Position numbers and translations under genes: made by a program. Positions 28,384-37,012 of a stretch of 64,000 nucleotides of DNA are shown in pieces (the stretch's first letter is position 1; each line of letters begins with the position of its first letter). The DNA lies in sequence record MK327934.1. The stretch is one strand, 5' to 3'. Source of the DNA: Escherichia phage vB_EcoM_G2469. Below the pieces are notes generated by a model. It did no database searches, was not told where the DNA came from, and was given only the letters and a program-made list of their open reading frames with translations.

Positions 28384-28862
28384 TCAACAATCACAATTTC
28401 TAGTTTAGTAGAATACGTATCTAAAATCTCTTCGATGACATCCCAGTTTCCACCACCAATACCTGCACCAATTCTTGGCATATAAATTACAGGCTTTATT
28501 ATCTTATTCTTTCCGAATTCATTTAATTCTATTATACAATTCATTAAAGCAGAGTACTCAAAATTAGGTCCCGGCTCAAACTGTGTATAAAGATTAAAGC
28601 AATAAGCTTTATGGGTCTTAAAATATTTTTCATAAACCGAATAAGTCCCGAGTTTAGACTTGTCTCCGAATTCGGTTTGAAGTTTATCGGCTTCTAAAAT
28701 TTTTGGATAAGCCTTTGCTAATTGGCCTGCTACACCGGCGCCCATTGTATGAAAACAATTACACCCATGAGCAATATTATTACCTTTAGAAAACAGGGCG
28801 ACAATATCGCCCTTGATATAGTTTTTAATCACTTGCTGCAAGTCCTCTATTATAAGAGTCAA
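28365..28862 (-). CDS. macro-domain-like protein (predicted ADP-ribose binding/hydrolase)
   Basis: 165 aa; motifs IAHGCNCFHTMGAGVAGQLAKAYP and MPRIGAGIGGGNWDVIEEIL resemble macro domain signatures. Confidence 0.5.
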   Translation of the reverse strand: MTLIIEDLQQVIKNYIKGDIVALFSKGNNIAHGCNCFHTMGAGVAGQLAKAYPKILEADKLQTEFGDKSKLGTYSVYEKYFKTHKAYCFNLYTQFEPGPNFEYSALMNCIIELNEFGKNKIIKPVIYMPRIGAGIGGGNWDVIEEILDTYSTKLEIVIVDWEPLL

Positions 28863-29172
28863 CTAGACGGTCCACCATAGAATTGCATGCTGCCTTATCT
28901 TTAGGTTCCGCCACCGAGCATTCTAATATTTGCCATTTTTTATAGTATCTTTTAATTAAGGTAGACGCCTTGAACCTACTAGACGCCCCATCTTTTTCTC
29001 CGTCTTTATACGCGTATAACAATTTTTGTGAAAAATCTACTTTACACTCTTGACTTTTACCACAATAATCAGACGCCGTTCTGTTTGTATACTCCGTTAC
29101 ATCAGTATATGTAGTATTAGCAAGAGCGTTAAATGAAACCAAGCTAACTATTAAAGCCAACATTTTGGTCAT
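28825..29172 (-). CDS. secreted Cys-containing protein, function unknown
   Basis: Signal peptide MTKMLALIVSLVSFNALA; 115 aa. Confidence 0.5.
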   Translation of the reverse strand: MTKMLALIVSLVSFNALANTTYTDVTEYTNRTASDYCGKSQECKVDFSQKLLYAYKDGEKDGASSRFKASTLIKRYYKKWQILECSVAEPKDKAACNSMVDRLVDSYNRGLAASD

Positions 29173-29711
29173 TCTTTTATTTCCAGTAGTTTATTTGATT
29201 TAAGGTAATTAGCCTTTTCTAGGACTTCAGAAGCATATTTACTTCCAGCACTTGTCTTCCATCCCGCATTATATGAGGATATAGCTTTTCTTATATCCCC
29301 GTTATGTATATTTAACCAATAAGAAAATTCGATATAAGCCCATCTGGCCGAATTAGACCGCTTAGATAGCATTTTCTTAATTTGGGCATCAGTCATATTA
29401 TAACCAAGTTGGTTAATTCTTGCCCTCATTGTTGGTAGATAATTTTGGAACATTCCATACGCATGGTGACCTTTCTTATCTTTAAGATTAATACCGGCAG
29501 ATGATTCCTGCCATAGTATTGCGGCCATTATGTATCCAAGTCCTTTCTTATGCATATTTTCATGCGTTTTAAATTTTCCGTCCTTAGAAAACTGTTCCCC
29601 AAACTGATAAGCATAATTCAAGTTATCGAGTTGGACATTACTAAAAGTATGCTCGGAGCTATGTGCTGATAACGAAAGAGCAAATAGACCAGCGAGTAGT
29701 GCTTTTCTCAT
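29169..29711 (-). CDS. secreted lytic transglycosylase-like protein (SLT domain)
   Basis: Signal peptide MRKALLAGLFALSLSAHS; motifs WQESSAG, AYGMFQ, SYNAGW. Confidence 0.55.
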   Translation of the reverse strand: MRKALLAGLFALSLSAHSSEHTFSNVQLDNLNYAYQFGEQFSKDGKFKTHENMHKKGLGYIMAAILWQESSAGINLKDKKGHHAYGMFQNYLPTMRARINQLGYNMTDAQIKKMLSKRSNSARWAYIEFSYWLNIHNGDIRKAISSYNAGWKTSAGSKYASEVLEKANYLKSNKLLEIKE

Positions 29712-29719
29712 GTTTACCT

Positions 29720-30178
29720 CTAGATTTTAATCACTGCTTTAGAAGCTTTTCCTGGTAGTCGTTTACTGTTAATAATAGCCATTCTGCATTGAAGAGTCTT
29801 CATTTTGAATGCCGGATTTTCGCGACAAACTGTAAGTCCTAACCAAAGATTTCCATCAGTTATTTCTAAACGGCCTGGGCGATATTCGACACCTTCGACA
29901 AAATCTTCATCAACATCTGGACGTGCCGGCATTGATAAAAATTCTGTAACTTCTTTAACATGATTTTTTACTTTATGAAATAATTCAAAAACGTAATTCT
30001 CATCTATTTCTCTCTGGATGGCACGATCTAAGAGATGTTGAGAATACTTGATATGAAAGCCTGGTAGTCCAAGAGACTTTGCAGCATCTTTTATACCGGC
30101 ATTTATTTTGCGGAACTCCGTTTCAAAGATTCGACGGAGTTTATTACGGCGGATAAAAACTTCCGAATTGATAGTCAT
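29720..30178 (-). CDS. regB: site-specific RNA endonuclease RegB
   Basis: From ATG 30176-30178: MTINSEVFIRRNKLRRIFETEFRKINAGIK...PGRLEITDGNLWLG..., matches T4 RegB. Confidence 0.85.
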   Translation of the reverse strand: MTINSEVFIRRNKLRRIFETEFRKINAGIKDAAKSLGLPGFHIKYSQHLLDRAIQREIDENYVFELFHKVKNHVKEVTEFLSMPARPDVDEDFVEGVEYRPGRLEITDGNLWLGLTVCRENPAFKMKTLQCRMAIINSKRLPGKASKAVIKI

Positions 30179-30185
30179 TTTGATT

Positions 30186-30235
30186 TCTCCTCTAGTTGAC
30201 AAGTCTATAGTAACACAACTAGAGGAGAAGTAAAC
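30186..30235 (-). promoter_or_regulatory. regB promoter with 13-bp inverted repeat pairing the promoter spacer with the RBS
   Basis: -35 GTTTAC (plus 30230-30235); arms 30186-30198 and 30216-30228 are perfect reverse complements; the downstream arm contains the GAGGAGA RBS. Confidence 0.5.
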
Positions 30236-30239
30236 TACT

Positions 30240-30455
30240 TTATTGATAAAATGGAGTTAAAGCCCAAGATTCTTTAGATACTATATTGGCGAAATGCCTC
30301 ATCTCTTCAATTTGGCGACGACGCTGGTCAGCATAGTCTTCTTCGCCTTCTTCCTTACAATCTTCAAGGTCTTCTTCAAGATACTTTAAGTATTCACTAC
30401 AAATTTTGTTGACCTTTTCTTGGAAGTCCAATAACCCAGTAATAGTAGAAGCCAT
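30240..30455 (-). CDS. hypothetical acidic protein
   Basis: 71-aa ORF. Confidence 0.45.
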   Translation of the reverse strand: MASTITGLLDFQEKVNKICSEYLKYLEEDLEDCKEEGEEDYADQRRRQIEEMRHFANIVSKESWALTPFYQ

Positions 30456-30721
30456 TAGTATTTTTCCTCAGGTCGAAATACTGCACGACATGCCCACATA
30501 CTGGCTTCTTTTAGATGTTGCTTAGCGTACTTAAGAGCCTGCACTGCATCCATATCTTCTTTGGTTTGTTGCTCTGTTTCATTTTCTTTCAAGATATATG
30601 CTTCTTCAATCAGAGCATCAAACAACAATCCAAGACGGACTTCAGCATCTTTAATAGCGTTCACTTTACCAATTTTATCATCGGTATGCGGCTTGTAACC
30701 TTTAATATCTTCAATCGACAT
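30455..30721 (-). CDS. hypothetical protein (start at internal Met MSIEDIKGYKP)
   Basis: ORF 30455..30889 trimmed; 88 aa. Confidence 0.4.
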   Translation of the reverse strand: MSIEDIKGYKPHTDDKIGKVNAIKDAEVRLGLLFDALIEEAYILKENETEQQTKEDMDAVQALKYAKQHLKEASMWACRAVFRPEEKY

Positions 30722-30935
30722 AAGGAATTTCCTCATCTGTGGCAAGGTCATATTCGACCAATTGGATAGGCTCATTAATACCATATCCACGTACAGTGAT
30801 ATCAGTTGTCGGATAGTTTCCAGTAATATCACCCGTTCTAAATGCTTCAATGAATGATTGCTCGCCTGAGCAACTAAACCAGGCGGCAAAACATTTTAAA
30901 ACATCTTCAGACCCTTCTATAATCAATTTAGCCAT
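30711..30935 (-). CDS. hypothetical protein
   Basis: 74-aa ORF. Confidence 0.45.
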   Translation of the reverse strand: MAKLIIEGSEDVLKCFAAWFSCSGEQSFIEAFRTGDITGNYPTTDITVRGYGINEPIQLVEYDLATDEEIPYVD

Positions 30936-31297
30936 TATAGACTCTCAGTAAAGGTGCGAGCGATAACGTCACGCTGCTGTTCCGGAGTCAGAGAGTTAAA
31001 GCGAACTGCATAACCGGATACACGGATGGTCAGCTGCGGATATTTTTCCGGATGCTTAACTGCATCTTCCAGAGTTTCACGACGCAGAACGTTAACGTTC
31101 AGGTGTTGACCACCTTCAATTTTAACTTTAGGTTGATGTTCAATTTCAATTTCACGGGCATTCAAACCGTAGAAAATTTCCGGGTCTACAATAGCGTCTT
31201 CTTTAAAAGTCTTAGAGACAATAATCCGGGCTTGAGTACCATCTTCAAAATAAATAGTGCCTTTATGTGCACCTTCAAGAATTTGATATGCTTTCAT
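30935..31297 (-). CDS. autonomous glycyl radical cofactor (GrcA/YfiD-like; T4 Y06I-type)
   Basis: 120 aa; C-terminal [62 protein letters not shown] is a glycyl radical domain, near-identical to E. coli GrcA as recalled. Confidence 0.85.
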   Translation of the reverse strand: MKAYQILEGAHKGTIYFEDGTQARIIVSKTFKEDAIVDPEIFYGLNAREIEIEHQPKVKIEGGQHLNVNVLRRETLEDAVKHPEKYPQLTIRVSGYAVRFNSLTPEQQRDVIARTFTESL

Positions 31298-31303
31298 ATA
31301 ACC

Positions 31304-31612
31304 TCAGTTAGAAAATAAATTTATCCAAGTTTTTTCTTTAATCAAAAATGGGTCGGAATTAAACGCCATTAAACTTTGAGTGATTAATCCCTTAAATGGC
31401 CCATCAATAAATTCCATTTTGAAATGCGGAATACTAGTCATCAACCGTGCATTAGGAGCAGTACAAAGAACCTGCTGCCCTGCGAACGGTCCTTTAGTCA
31501 AACGGTATCGTTTAGGTTTAAAATGGTAAATCTCGTAATTTTCTACAAGAGCCATTTTATTGCATACTGGGCTGTTATAACAATATTCAAAAACTTCAAT
31601 AGTGGTCATCAT
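31304..31612 (-). CDS. hypothetical protein
   Basis: 102-aa ORF. Confidence 0.45.
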   Translation of the reverse strand: MMTTIEVFEYCYNSPVCNKMALVENYEIYHFKPKRYRLTKGPFAGQQVLCTAPNARLMTSIPHFKMEFIDGPFKGLITQSLMAFNSDPFLIKEKTWINLFSN

Positions 31613-32148
31613 TGCATTCCAATCACAAAAAATTGAGGACGAGCATTACCGCCGATGCAATATTTGCTTTTGCAACAGTGTTGGACTGTTTTAATATGTA
31701 CATTGTAAATCTTATCCATATCAGGAGCTTTAATAGGCTCGTCAATTATGTACAGAATACGAGAAAGCGTTAATCCACGGAATTTAGAACCTTCATTGCC
31801 AATAAAACTACGAACAGAATCAGTAAATAAACGGAATCGAATATCGTCGCTAGAATAACGAGAAAATTCTTTTTTAATGTTGCCGGCAGAAATTTTAGCA
31901 TAAGCTGAAGTATTAGAAAGAACAATAACTGTTCCACCATCATACAGCCAATTAACAGCAAAATTAGTTACTGCGGTCGATTTACCTGATTGTCTGCCGC
32001 CGTCTAAACGAAGTGTACAGTACTGCTTGAGTACGTCTTCAAATGGTGGGACATAACCGTTCTTACAAATTTCTTCTACTCTAGCATCAGAATGGTGTGT
32101 AAAAGCATTCATCAGGGATAGATAAGGACCAGTTAAAAATGTTCTCAT
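31609..32148 (-). CDS. hypothetical P-loop protein
   Basis: 179-aa ORF with GGRQSGKST Walker A-like motif. Confidence 0.5.
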   Translation of the reverse strand: MRTFLTGPYLSLMNAFTHHSDARVEEICKNGYVPPFEDVLKQYCTLRLDGGRQSGKSTAVTNFAVNWLYDGGTVIVLSNTSAYAKISAGNIKKEFSRYSSDDIRFRLFTDSVRSFIGNEGSKFRGLTLSRILYIIDEPIKAPDMDKIYNVHIKTVQHCCKSKYCIGGNARPQFFVIGMQ

Positions 32149-32261
32149 TTAGTTTCTCTTTTAGGTTGGGCCATTCCGTGGCGCATGAATTGTCCATTTC
32201 TGTATTTACCCCTCCAAGTAATTATGAATATACTATCACAATTCTAGGAGAAAGTAAACTG

Positions 32262-32564
32262 TTATTTACCTTTAATTACTTTAGCTGCTTCGATAGCCGC
32301 TTGCTGAAGGTCATCCATAGACATACCGAATTTAGAAGCAAAGTTATCAATTTTCTTTTCGACAGCATTCAAAGGCTTGGCCTGTTTACCTTCATTAGCG
32401 CCAGGAAGAGCGAGAATACGCTCTTTGTCAATATAAAGGCTTACAAGTTTCTTACGGTCTTTATCGGACAAATCATGAAATGAATGGGCCTTTTTATTTA
32501 TAGCGGCTTCTAATTTACCTGCACTCACTCGCGCTTCAGTAATAAATTCTTGATATGTTTTCAT
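32262..32564 (-). CDS. ipII: internal protein II-like (capsid-targeting sequence MKTYQEFITEA)
   Basis: 100 aa, N-terminal CTS, basic. Confidence 0.6.
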   Translation of the reverse strand: MKTYQEFITEARVSAGKLEAAINKKAHSFHDLSDKDRKKLVSLYIDKERILALPGANEGKQAKPLNAVEKKIDNFASKFGMSMDDLQQAAIEAAKVIKGK

Positions 32565-32605
32565 ATGTTTCCTTTAAATGTAAATAGGTCCGAGTATTAG
32601 CTTTA

Positions 32606-33184
32606 TTAGGAATTACGGGCTGCATTAGCAACGGCGTAAGCGTACTGAACATTAGCGTCTTTAAACGTGCCCTTAGTTGTATCTAGTTCTACCTTAAAAC
32701 CGCCTTTAGCCATAACATCGGCAAATTCTTTACGGAAAGCCATTGCATCAAGACCTTTCCATGATGATTTATGCTTGGCAAATTCAAGACCTGCGAAGTT
32801 GACAGCTTTAGCTAATTTATTATCAATGACCCATTTACCTGCTTTAGGCACAAACTTCGGACCTTTTTGTTTAGAGAACAGTTTTAAATTCCAGCGACGA
32901 AGGTCACTGTCGGCTTTAACAAAAGCTGCGTCTAAGTTACTAGCAACAACATCTTCAATATGAGCAAATTTAAGTCCGTCAACTTCAATATTTAGATCAT
33001 TACGCCAGCGTAGTCCTTCCCAAGCGAAGGCTTTAAAGTCGGAAGCCTTTGTAGCTAAGTACCGTTCAATAGGAGCTGTTTTAGGGTCAAAGCCGTTTCC
33101 GCCACGATAATTCCACTCGTCCTTATTAATGCCTTGAGCTTTTCCTGCAAAGGCTTCGGCGATAAATTCTTTATATGTTTTCAT
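32606..33184 (-). CDS. ipIII: internal protein III-like
   Basis: 192 aa, N-terminal MKTYKEFIAEA. Confidence 0.6.
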   Translation of the reverse strand: MKTYKEFIAEAFAGKAQGINKDEWNYRGGNGFDPKTAPIERYLATKASDFKAFAWEGLRWRNDLNIEVDGLKFAHIEDVVASNLDAAFVKADSDLRRWNLKLFSKQKGPKFVPKAGKWVIDNKLAKAVNFAGLEFAKHKSSWKGLDAMAFRKEFADVMAKGGFKVELDTTKGTFKDANVQYAYAVANAARNS

Positions 33185-33247
33185 TTTTGTTTCCTTGTTT
33201 GTTTTGATAGAGTAATTATACCATATTAATACTTAAGCGTAAACAAT

Positions 33248-33508
33248 TTAAGCTTTACCGCCAGAAATAATTCCGAAGTTGTTAAAATCGTATCCAATAT
33301 CGTCAACATCTACTTTAGGACTTACTACAACATAAGCAATTTCACTACGTTTTGCATAGGTGTTGATTTCTTTACCATCGCCACCTAAGAAAGAATACCC
33401 ATTACGTTTTAATGAGCCAAAGTCTTCGGCATCACCAATGAAAGCTTTAACTTTAAATTTAGGACCTTTGGCATCTGCTTCAGCGATAAATTCTTGATAC
33501 ATTTTCAT
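33248..33508 (-). CDS. internal-protein-like small protein
   Basis: 86 aa, N-terminal MKMYQEFIAEA. Confidence 0.5.
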   Translation of the reverse strand: MKMYQEFIAEADAKGPKFKVKAFIGDAEDFGSLKRNGYSFLGGDGKEINTYAKRSEIAYVVVSPKVDVDDIGYDFNNFGIISGGKA

Positions 33509-33514
33509 TTTTCC

Positions 33515-33928
33515 TTAGTAAATTGATTTACCATAGTATTTGTACCAAGTCGGACGTTGAGCAATTTTTTCATCTAAGCGTGCTTGACTTATCGCAATGG
33601 ACGCTTCAGACGGGACGTAATTATTACGAAATTCTATAGGAATGTCGGAAATATCCTGGACAGTCGTGTCCTTGATTTTGAAACCACGTTTCAAACATTC
33701 GGCTATTAGCTCGATTTGACGTAAACGTAAAAATTCGAGTTTGTCGTAAAAGAATGTTACGTGACCTGTGCCTAAGATAAATGTTGGAGAGATTTTAAAA
33801 TCCTTTACACGTTTACCGTTTTGAACATGTTTACGGACTGCACCAAATACGCGTGGTAATTCACGATACTCAGCCATAAGATGTTGGTCGGTCAGTTCAG
33901 AAACAAGTGTTAAATTGATACGGGTCAT
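33515..33928 (-). CDS. denV: endonuclease V (pyrimidine dimer DNA glycosylase) DenV
   Basis: [35 protein letters not shown]..., 137 aa, matches T4 DenV. Confidence 0.9.
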   Translation of the reverse strand: MTRINLTLVSELTDQHLMAEYRELPRVFGAVRKHVQNGKRVKDFKISPTFILGTGHVTFFYDKLEFLRLRQIELIAECLKRGFKIKDTTVQDISDIPIEFRNNYVPSEASIAISQARLDEKIAQRPTWYKYYGKSIY

Positions 33929-33931
33929 AAT

Positions 33932-33985
33932 TTCCTCCAAGTAGTTGATGAATGTATAGTATCAAAGTCCTTGGAGGAAGTAAAC
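33932..33985 (-). promoter_or_regulatory. denV promoter with 10-bp inverted repeat (TTCCTCCAAG/CTTGGAGGAA) linking spacer and RBS
   Basis: -35 GTTTAC (plus 33980-33985); arms 33932-33941 and 33970-33979. Confidence 0.5.
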
Positions 33986-33986
33986 A

Positions 33987-34268
33987 CTATTTTTCTGAAG
34001 CGCCTGAAATATATTTTTCAAGACGCTGTTTCATCAACGAGCCGTTCTTAGCGATTTCTTCCGGTTTATCGCACATACGCAACAATGCTTCAAGCTTAAC
34101 GATATCACTGGTGCGCTCAAATTTGCGAGTATCTATCTTACTAGCAAGTTCAGAAATACGTGCTAATAGACTTTCGGCTTCAACCAAAGCTGCACCTAGC
34201 TTAGTTGCAAATGTGTCAGTAGCTTCGTTAAGAATAGATTCTGATAAAAATTCACTATATGTTTTCAT
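33987..34268 (-). CDS. internal-protein-like small protein
   Basis: Start [11 protein letters not shown] (CTS-like); 93 aa. Confidence 0.45.
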   Translation of the reverse strand: MKTYSEFLSESILNEATDTFATKLGAALVEAESLLARISELASKIDTRKFERTSDIVKLEALLRMCDKPEEIAKNGSLMKQRLEKYISGASEK

Positions 34269-34753
34269 ATATACGCTTTCCAAGTTCCTGTTTTAAATGT
34301 TGAGATTACGCGTTTCGCGCGATTAGGTGTCTGACGATACCATTTAGATTGGGCTAGATTTACTGCCGCTTCGTCCCAACGTTTCTGTTGAAGCATACGA
34401 AGAGAATTAGTAAAACCGGCGACGCCTGCTACACCCATTTGGAAGACCATATTGACCAATGCACAACGACGAACCGCATCTAAAGAATCATATACCGGTT
34501 TAAGTTTAGCATTACCCAAGATTCCGCGAACGGCTTTATCAACGTCTTCATTAAATAGCTTTTCAGCCTCATCAAGGGTAATTGTACCGTTGCATTTACG
34601 ACCGATCATTCTGTCAAGTTCAGCTTTAGCTACGGCTAAAGACGGGTTCTTTGTTACCAAATGGCCTATGCCAATCGTCCAAAAGCCTTCAGTGTCTTTG
34701 TATAAAGTCAGTCTAAGACCTTCGTCATTACGAAGCATTTCAAATATATTCAT
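34265..34753 (-). CDS. e: endolysin (T4 lysozyme)
   Basis: [32 protein letters not shown]..., matches T4 lysozyme. Confidence 0.95.
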   Translation of the reverse strand: MNIFEMLRNDEGLRLTLYKDTEGFWTIGIGHLVTKNPSLAVAKAELDRMIGRKCNGTITLDEAEKLFNEDVDKAVRGILGNAKLKPVYDSLDAVRRCALVNMVFQMGVAGVAGFTNSLRMLQQKRWDEAAVNLAQSKWYRQTPNRAKRVISTFKTGTWKAYI

Positions 34754-34781
34754 AATACCTCCCACGTTTATAGGAGGTATT
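34754..34781 (-). promoter_or_regulatory. hairpin sequestering the gene e RBS (9-bp stem AATACCTCC/GGAGGTATT)
   Basis: Perfect inverted repeat immediately upstream of ATG 34751-34753; the downstream arm contains GGAGG; loop and upstream flank carry late-promoter-like TATAAA motifs. Confidence 0.55.
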
Positions 34782-34787
34782 TATTAC

Positions 34788-35246
34788 TTATAGGAGGGTA
34801 GTGAGCACCTTATATAATGATTTGCCCATTACATATTCCCATTGAGAAGGTTTAATTAAAGCGAATGCATCAAATTCAGGAATCTGTCGTCCGTCTGGGA
34901 ATGTATGATAGGAATTACAAACACTGTTTCTGAATTGCTCGTGCTCTACAGGGATGGTATATTGGAACAGATGAATATTCTTATTGTCTGAGTAATGATG
35001 TTCACCTAGGTCTTTCAGGAAGGCAGGGTCATATTGTGTAAACCCAGTTTCTTCTTCGCATTCACGAATAGCGGCTTCAATAGGAGATTCGCCAGGTTCG
35101 ACACGGCCTTTAGGAATATCCCACCGATGAGCTAAAGAACCTTTAGGACGAGAACCAGTTACACGGCCCATGAATAATTCTTTATCTTCGGTAAGGAAAA
35201 TAATACCAGCTGATAGTTCTTTCACTTTATTTTTCTTACTCATCAT
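34788..35246 (-). CDS. nudE: Nudix hydrolase NudE
   Basis: 152 aa, Nudix box GRVEPGESPIEAAIRECEEETG. Confidence 0.85.
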   Translation of the reverse strand: MMSKKNKVKELSAGIIFLTEDKELFMGRVTGSRPKGSLAHRWDIPKGRVEPGESPIEAAIRECEEETGFTQYDPAFLKDLGEHHYSDNKNIHLFQYTIPVEHEQFRNSVCNSYHTFPDGRQIPEFDAFALIKPSQWEYVMGKSLYKVLTTLL

Positions 35247-35487
35247 CTCGGTCCCATGATTTGGCCATTAATTCGGACATAAATTCTTCAATGCGCGTTT
35301 CTTTAGATGGACTTTCACTATTAGAGACCGCAAGTTTGTAATCTGCAATAGGACAGAACATATCAAGGTCCATATTAAGATCGTCTTTGATTTTTTCTTC
35401 TGACACATCTTTATCGTATGTGTACAGATAACTATCACATGATTCTGATTTAATGTAAATTGCTATACTCATCTCAAATTCCTGCAT
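35236..35487 (-). CDS. hypothetical acidic protein
   Basis: 83-aa ORF. Confidence 0.45.
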   Translation of the reverse strand: MQEFEMSIAIYIKSESCDSYLYTYDKDVSEEKIKDDLNMDLDMFCPIADYKLAVSNSESPSKETRIEEFMSELMAKSWDRDDE

Positions 35488-35867
35488 TCGGTAATAAAAC
35501 GTTCAACTTCATTATTCTTGGCCTTTATCTTGTCTTTACGTTCCTGTAAACTACTTTTAACAAGATTAATAATGATGCCTACAGTACCTCCACCAATAAT
35601 ACCACCAATAATACTTACGATAGTAGATGCTAATAAGATAGCGATAATATCTAGTATAGCAAAGGCACTTACTTTAGTACTAAAAAACCACACTGACGGT
35701 ACAAATATAATCCATCCTGTTATCCATTGGCACTTATTGAAAAACTTTTCAAGCTCAGCTTGAGTTGTTCGTATTACTTCATCGATAGGTTGATATCCAT
35801 TAATGTATCTGTTCACGATAATACCTGCTGGCTGGTTGATTTTAAATTCTTGGCAAATATGTTTCAC
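35469..35867 (-). CDS. hypothetical membrane protein
   Basis: 132 aa with hydrophobic, Gly-rich transmembrane segments. Confidence 0.5.
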   Translation of the reverse strand: MKHICQEFKINQPAGIIVNRYINGYQPIDEVIRTTQAELEKFFNKCQWITGWIIFVPSVWFFSTKVSAFAILDIIAILLASTIVSIIGGIIGGGTVGIIINLVKSSLQERKDKIKAKNNEVERFITECRNLR

Positions 35868-35948
35868 TAAGTAGGATGGACATCCTGTCCAATCTACTGA
35901 ATAATACGAAATACCTTCGTTGATTAGACCAATATGTTTTGTTAATCA

Positions 35949-36635
35949 TTACCAGCCTTCCATAGGGAATTCCAGATAAACTTGAGCGTTGACACGAATT
36001 TCATTGGTAATCTTTTTAACTCGGTCTGTATTACGAGATACACGTCCGAACCAACGCCATCCGTTACTAATTGCACGAGAACCAGTGTGCCATGTTTGCC
36101 AATCAAACTGAAGAAGAGTACGGTCTGGAGCTTCCCATTTCTCTAGTTCACCTTTTTCAATTTTTTCGAGGACTTCTTTGTGCCACTGACGATAGATAAG
36201 TTCGCCATCAGGAATCTGACTGAACTCTGCAGTTCCTGTTGCAAAATGAGTAGGACACACATCAGCGTTAACAAGACCAAGAATATGTTCAGACAAATAG
36301 CGAGGATTGTCATAATCTGGTTGTCCTGCTGTAATAAAGTGTTGACCGACTGGAATATCAGGGCGTGGTATGTCGTCATGGTGATATCCAGGAATAGCAG
36401 GATACCAACCAGGCATCAGCATGTGGACTCGTGAATCAAATACTACATCAGAGTCTTTCCAATCGTCAGGAAGATTTTGGATAAAGCTACGAGTAATTGG
36501 GCCGCCATTATCAAAAGCAAAATTCAAATCGCAGTTAAAGAACATAGGCTCGTTTTTAATCTGGTTGTTTTTAATCGCATGAGCAAAACCACCTACTGCA
36601 CGAGCTTGACTATTAAACACTTTAGAACTATTCAT
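35949..36635 (-). CDS. hypothetical protein
   Basis: 228-aa ORF. Confidence 0.5.
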   Translation of the reverse strand: MNSSKVFNSQARAVGGFAHAIKNNQIKNEPMFFNCDLNFAFDNGGPITRSFIQNLPDDWKDSDVVFDSRVHMLMPGWYPAIPGYHHDDIPRPDIPVGQHFITAGQPDYDNPRYLSEHILGLVNADVCPTHFATGTAEFSQIPDGELIYRQWHKEVLEKIEKGELEKWEAPDRTLLQFDWQTWHTGSRAISNGWRWFGRVSRNTDRVKKITNEIRVNAQVYLEFPMEGW

Positions 36636-36636
36636 A

Positions 36637-36942
36637 TTATTTTCCTCGACATTCTTTAATGAAATTTTCTAGATTGGTAGATTCAATAGCTTTTTTACGA
36701 GCTTCTGCGTGTTCTTCTTCTGACAATTTACATTTATAATTGACCCAGACATTATGGTCGAAACTAGTCGTGGCATATAATAACAAAGCTCCGACGAATA
36801 ATAAAAACGGTGATAAGAATACAAAACCAGGAACACCATCCATACTGTAAGCCTTTTGTAATACTGCAACAGAAAGAGTTGCGTAAAAAAGTGATGCAAA
36901 TATTGTTAAAAGACCAATTCGGTTGGTTTCGCCTAATTTCAT
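36637..36942 (-). CDS. hypothetical membrane protein
   Basis: 101 aa, two hydrophobic helices. Confidence 0.5.
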   Translation of the reverse strand: MKLGETNRIGLLTIFASLFYATLSVAVLQKAYSMDGVPGFVFLSPFLLFVGALLLYATTSFDHNVWVNYKCKLSEEEHAEARKKAIESTNLENFIKECRGK

Positions 36943-37012
36943 AATATTCTCCTCATGTTTTGGTAGGACTACTATAACATAGTCCTATAATTGTGTAAAC
37001 AGTTTTGCGAAA

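Noticed and set aside
30455-30721. Assignment of this 88-aa ORF as the Acb2 (vs.4) anti-CBASS sponge
   Set aside because: Only positional resemblance to the T4 vs region; I cannot recall the Acb2 sequence well enough to support the call.
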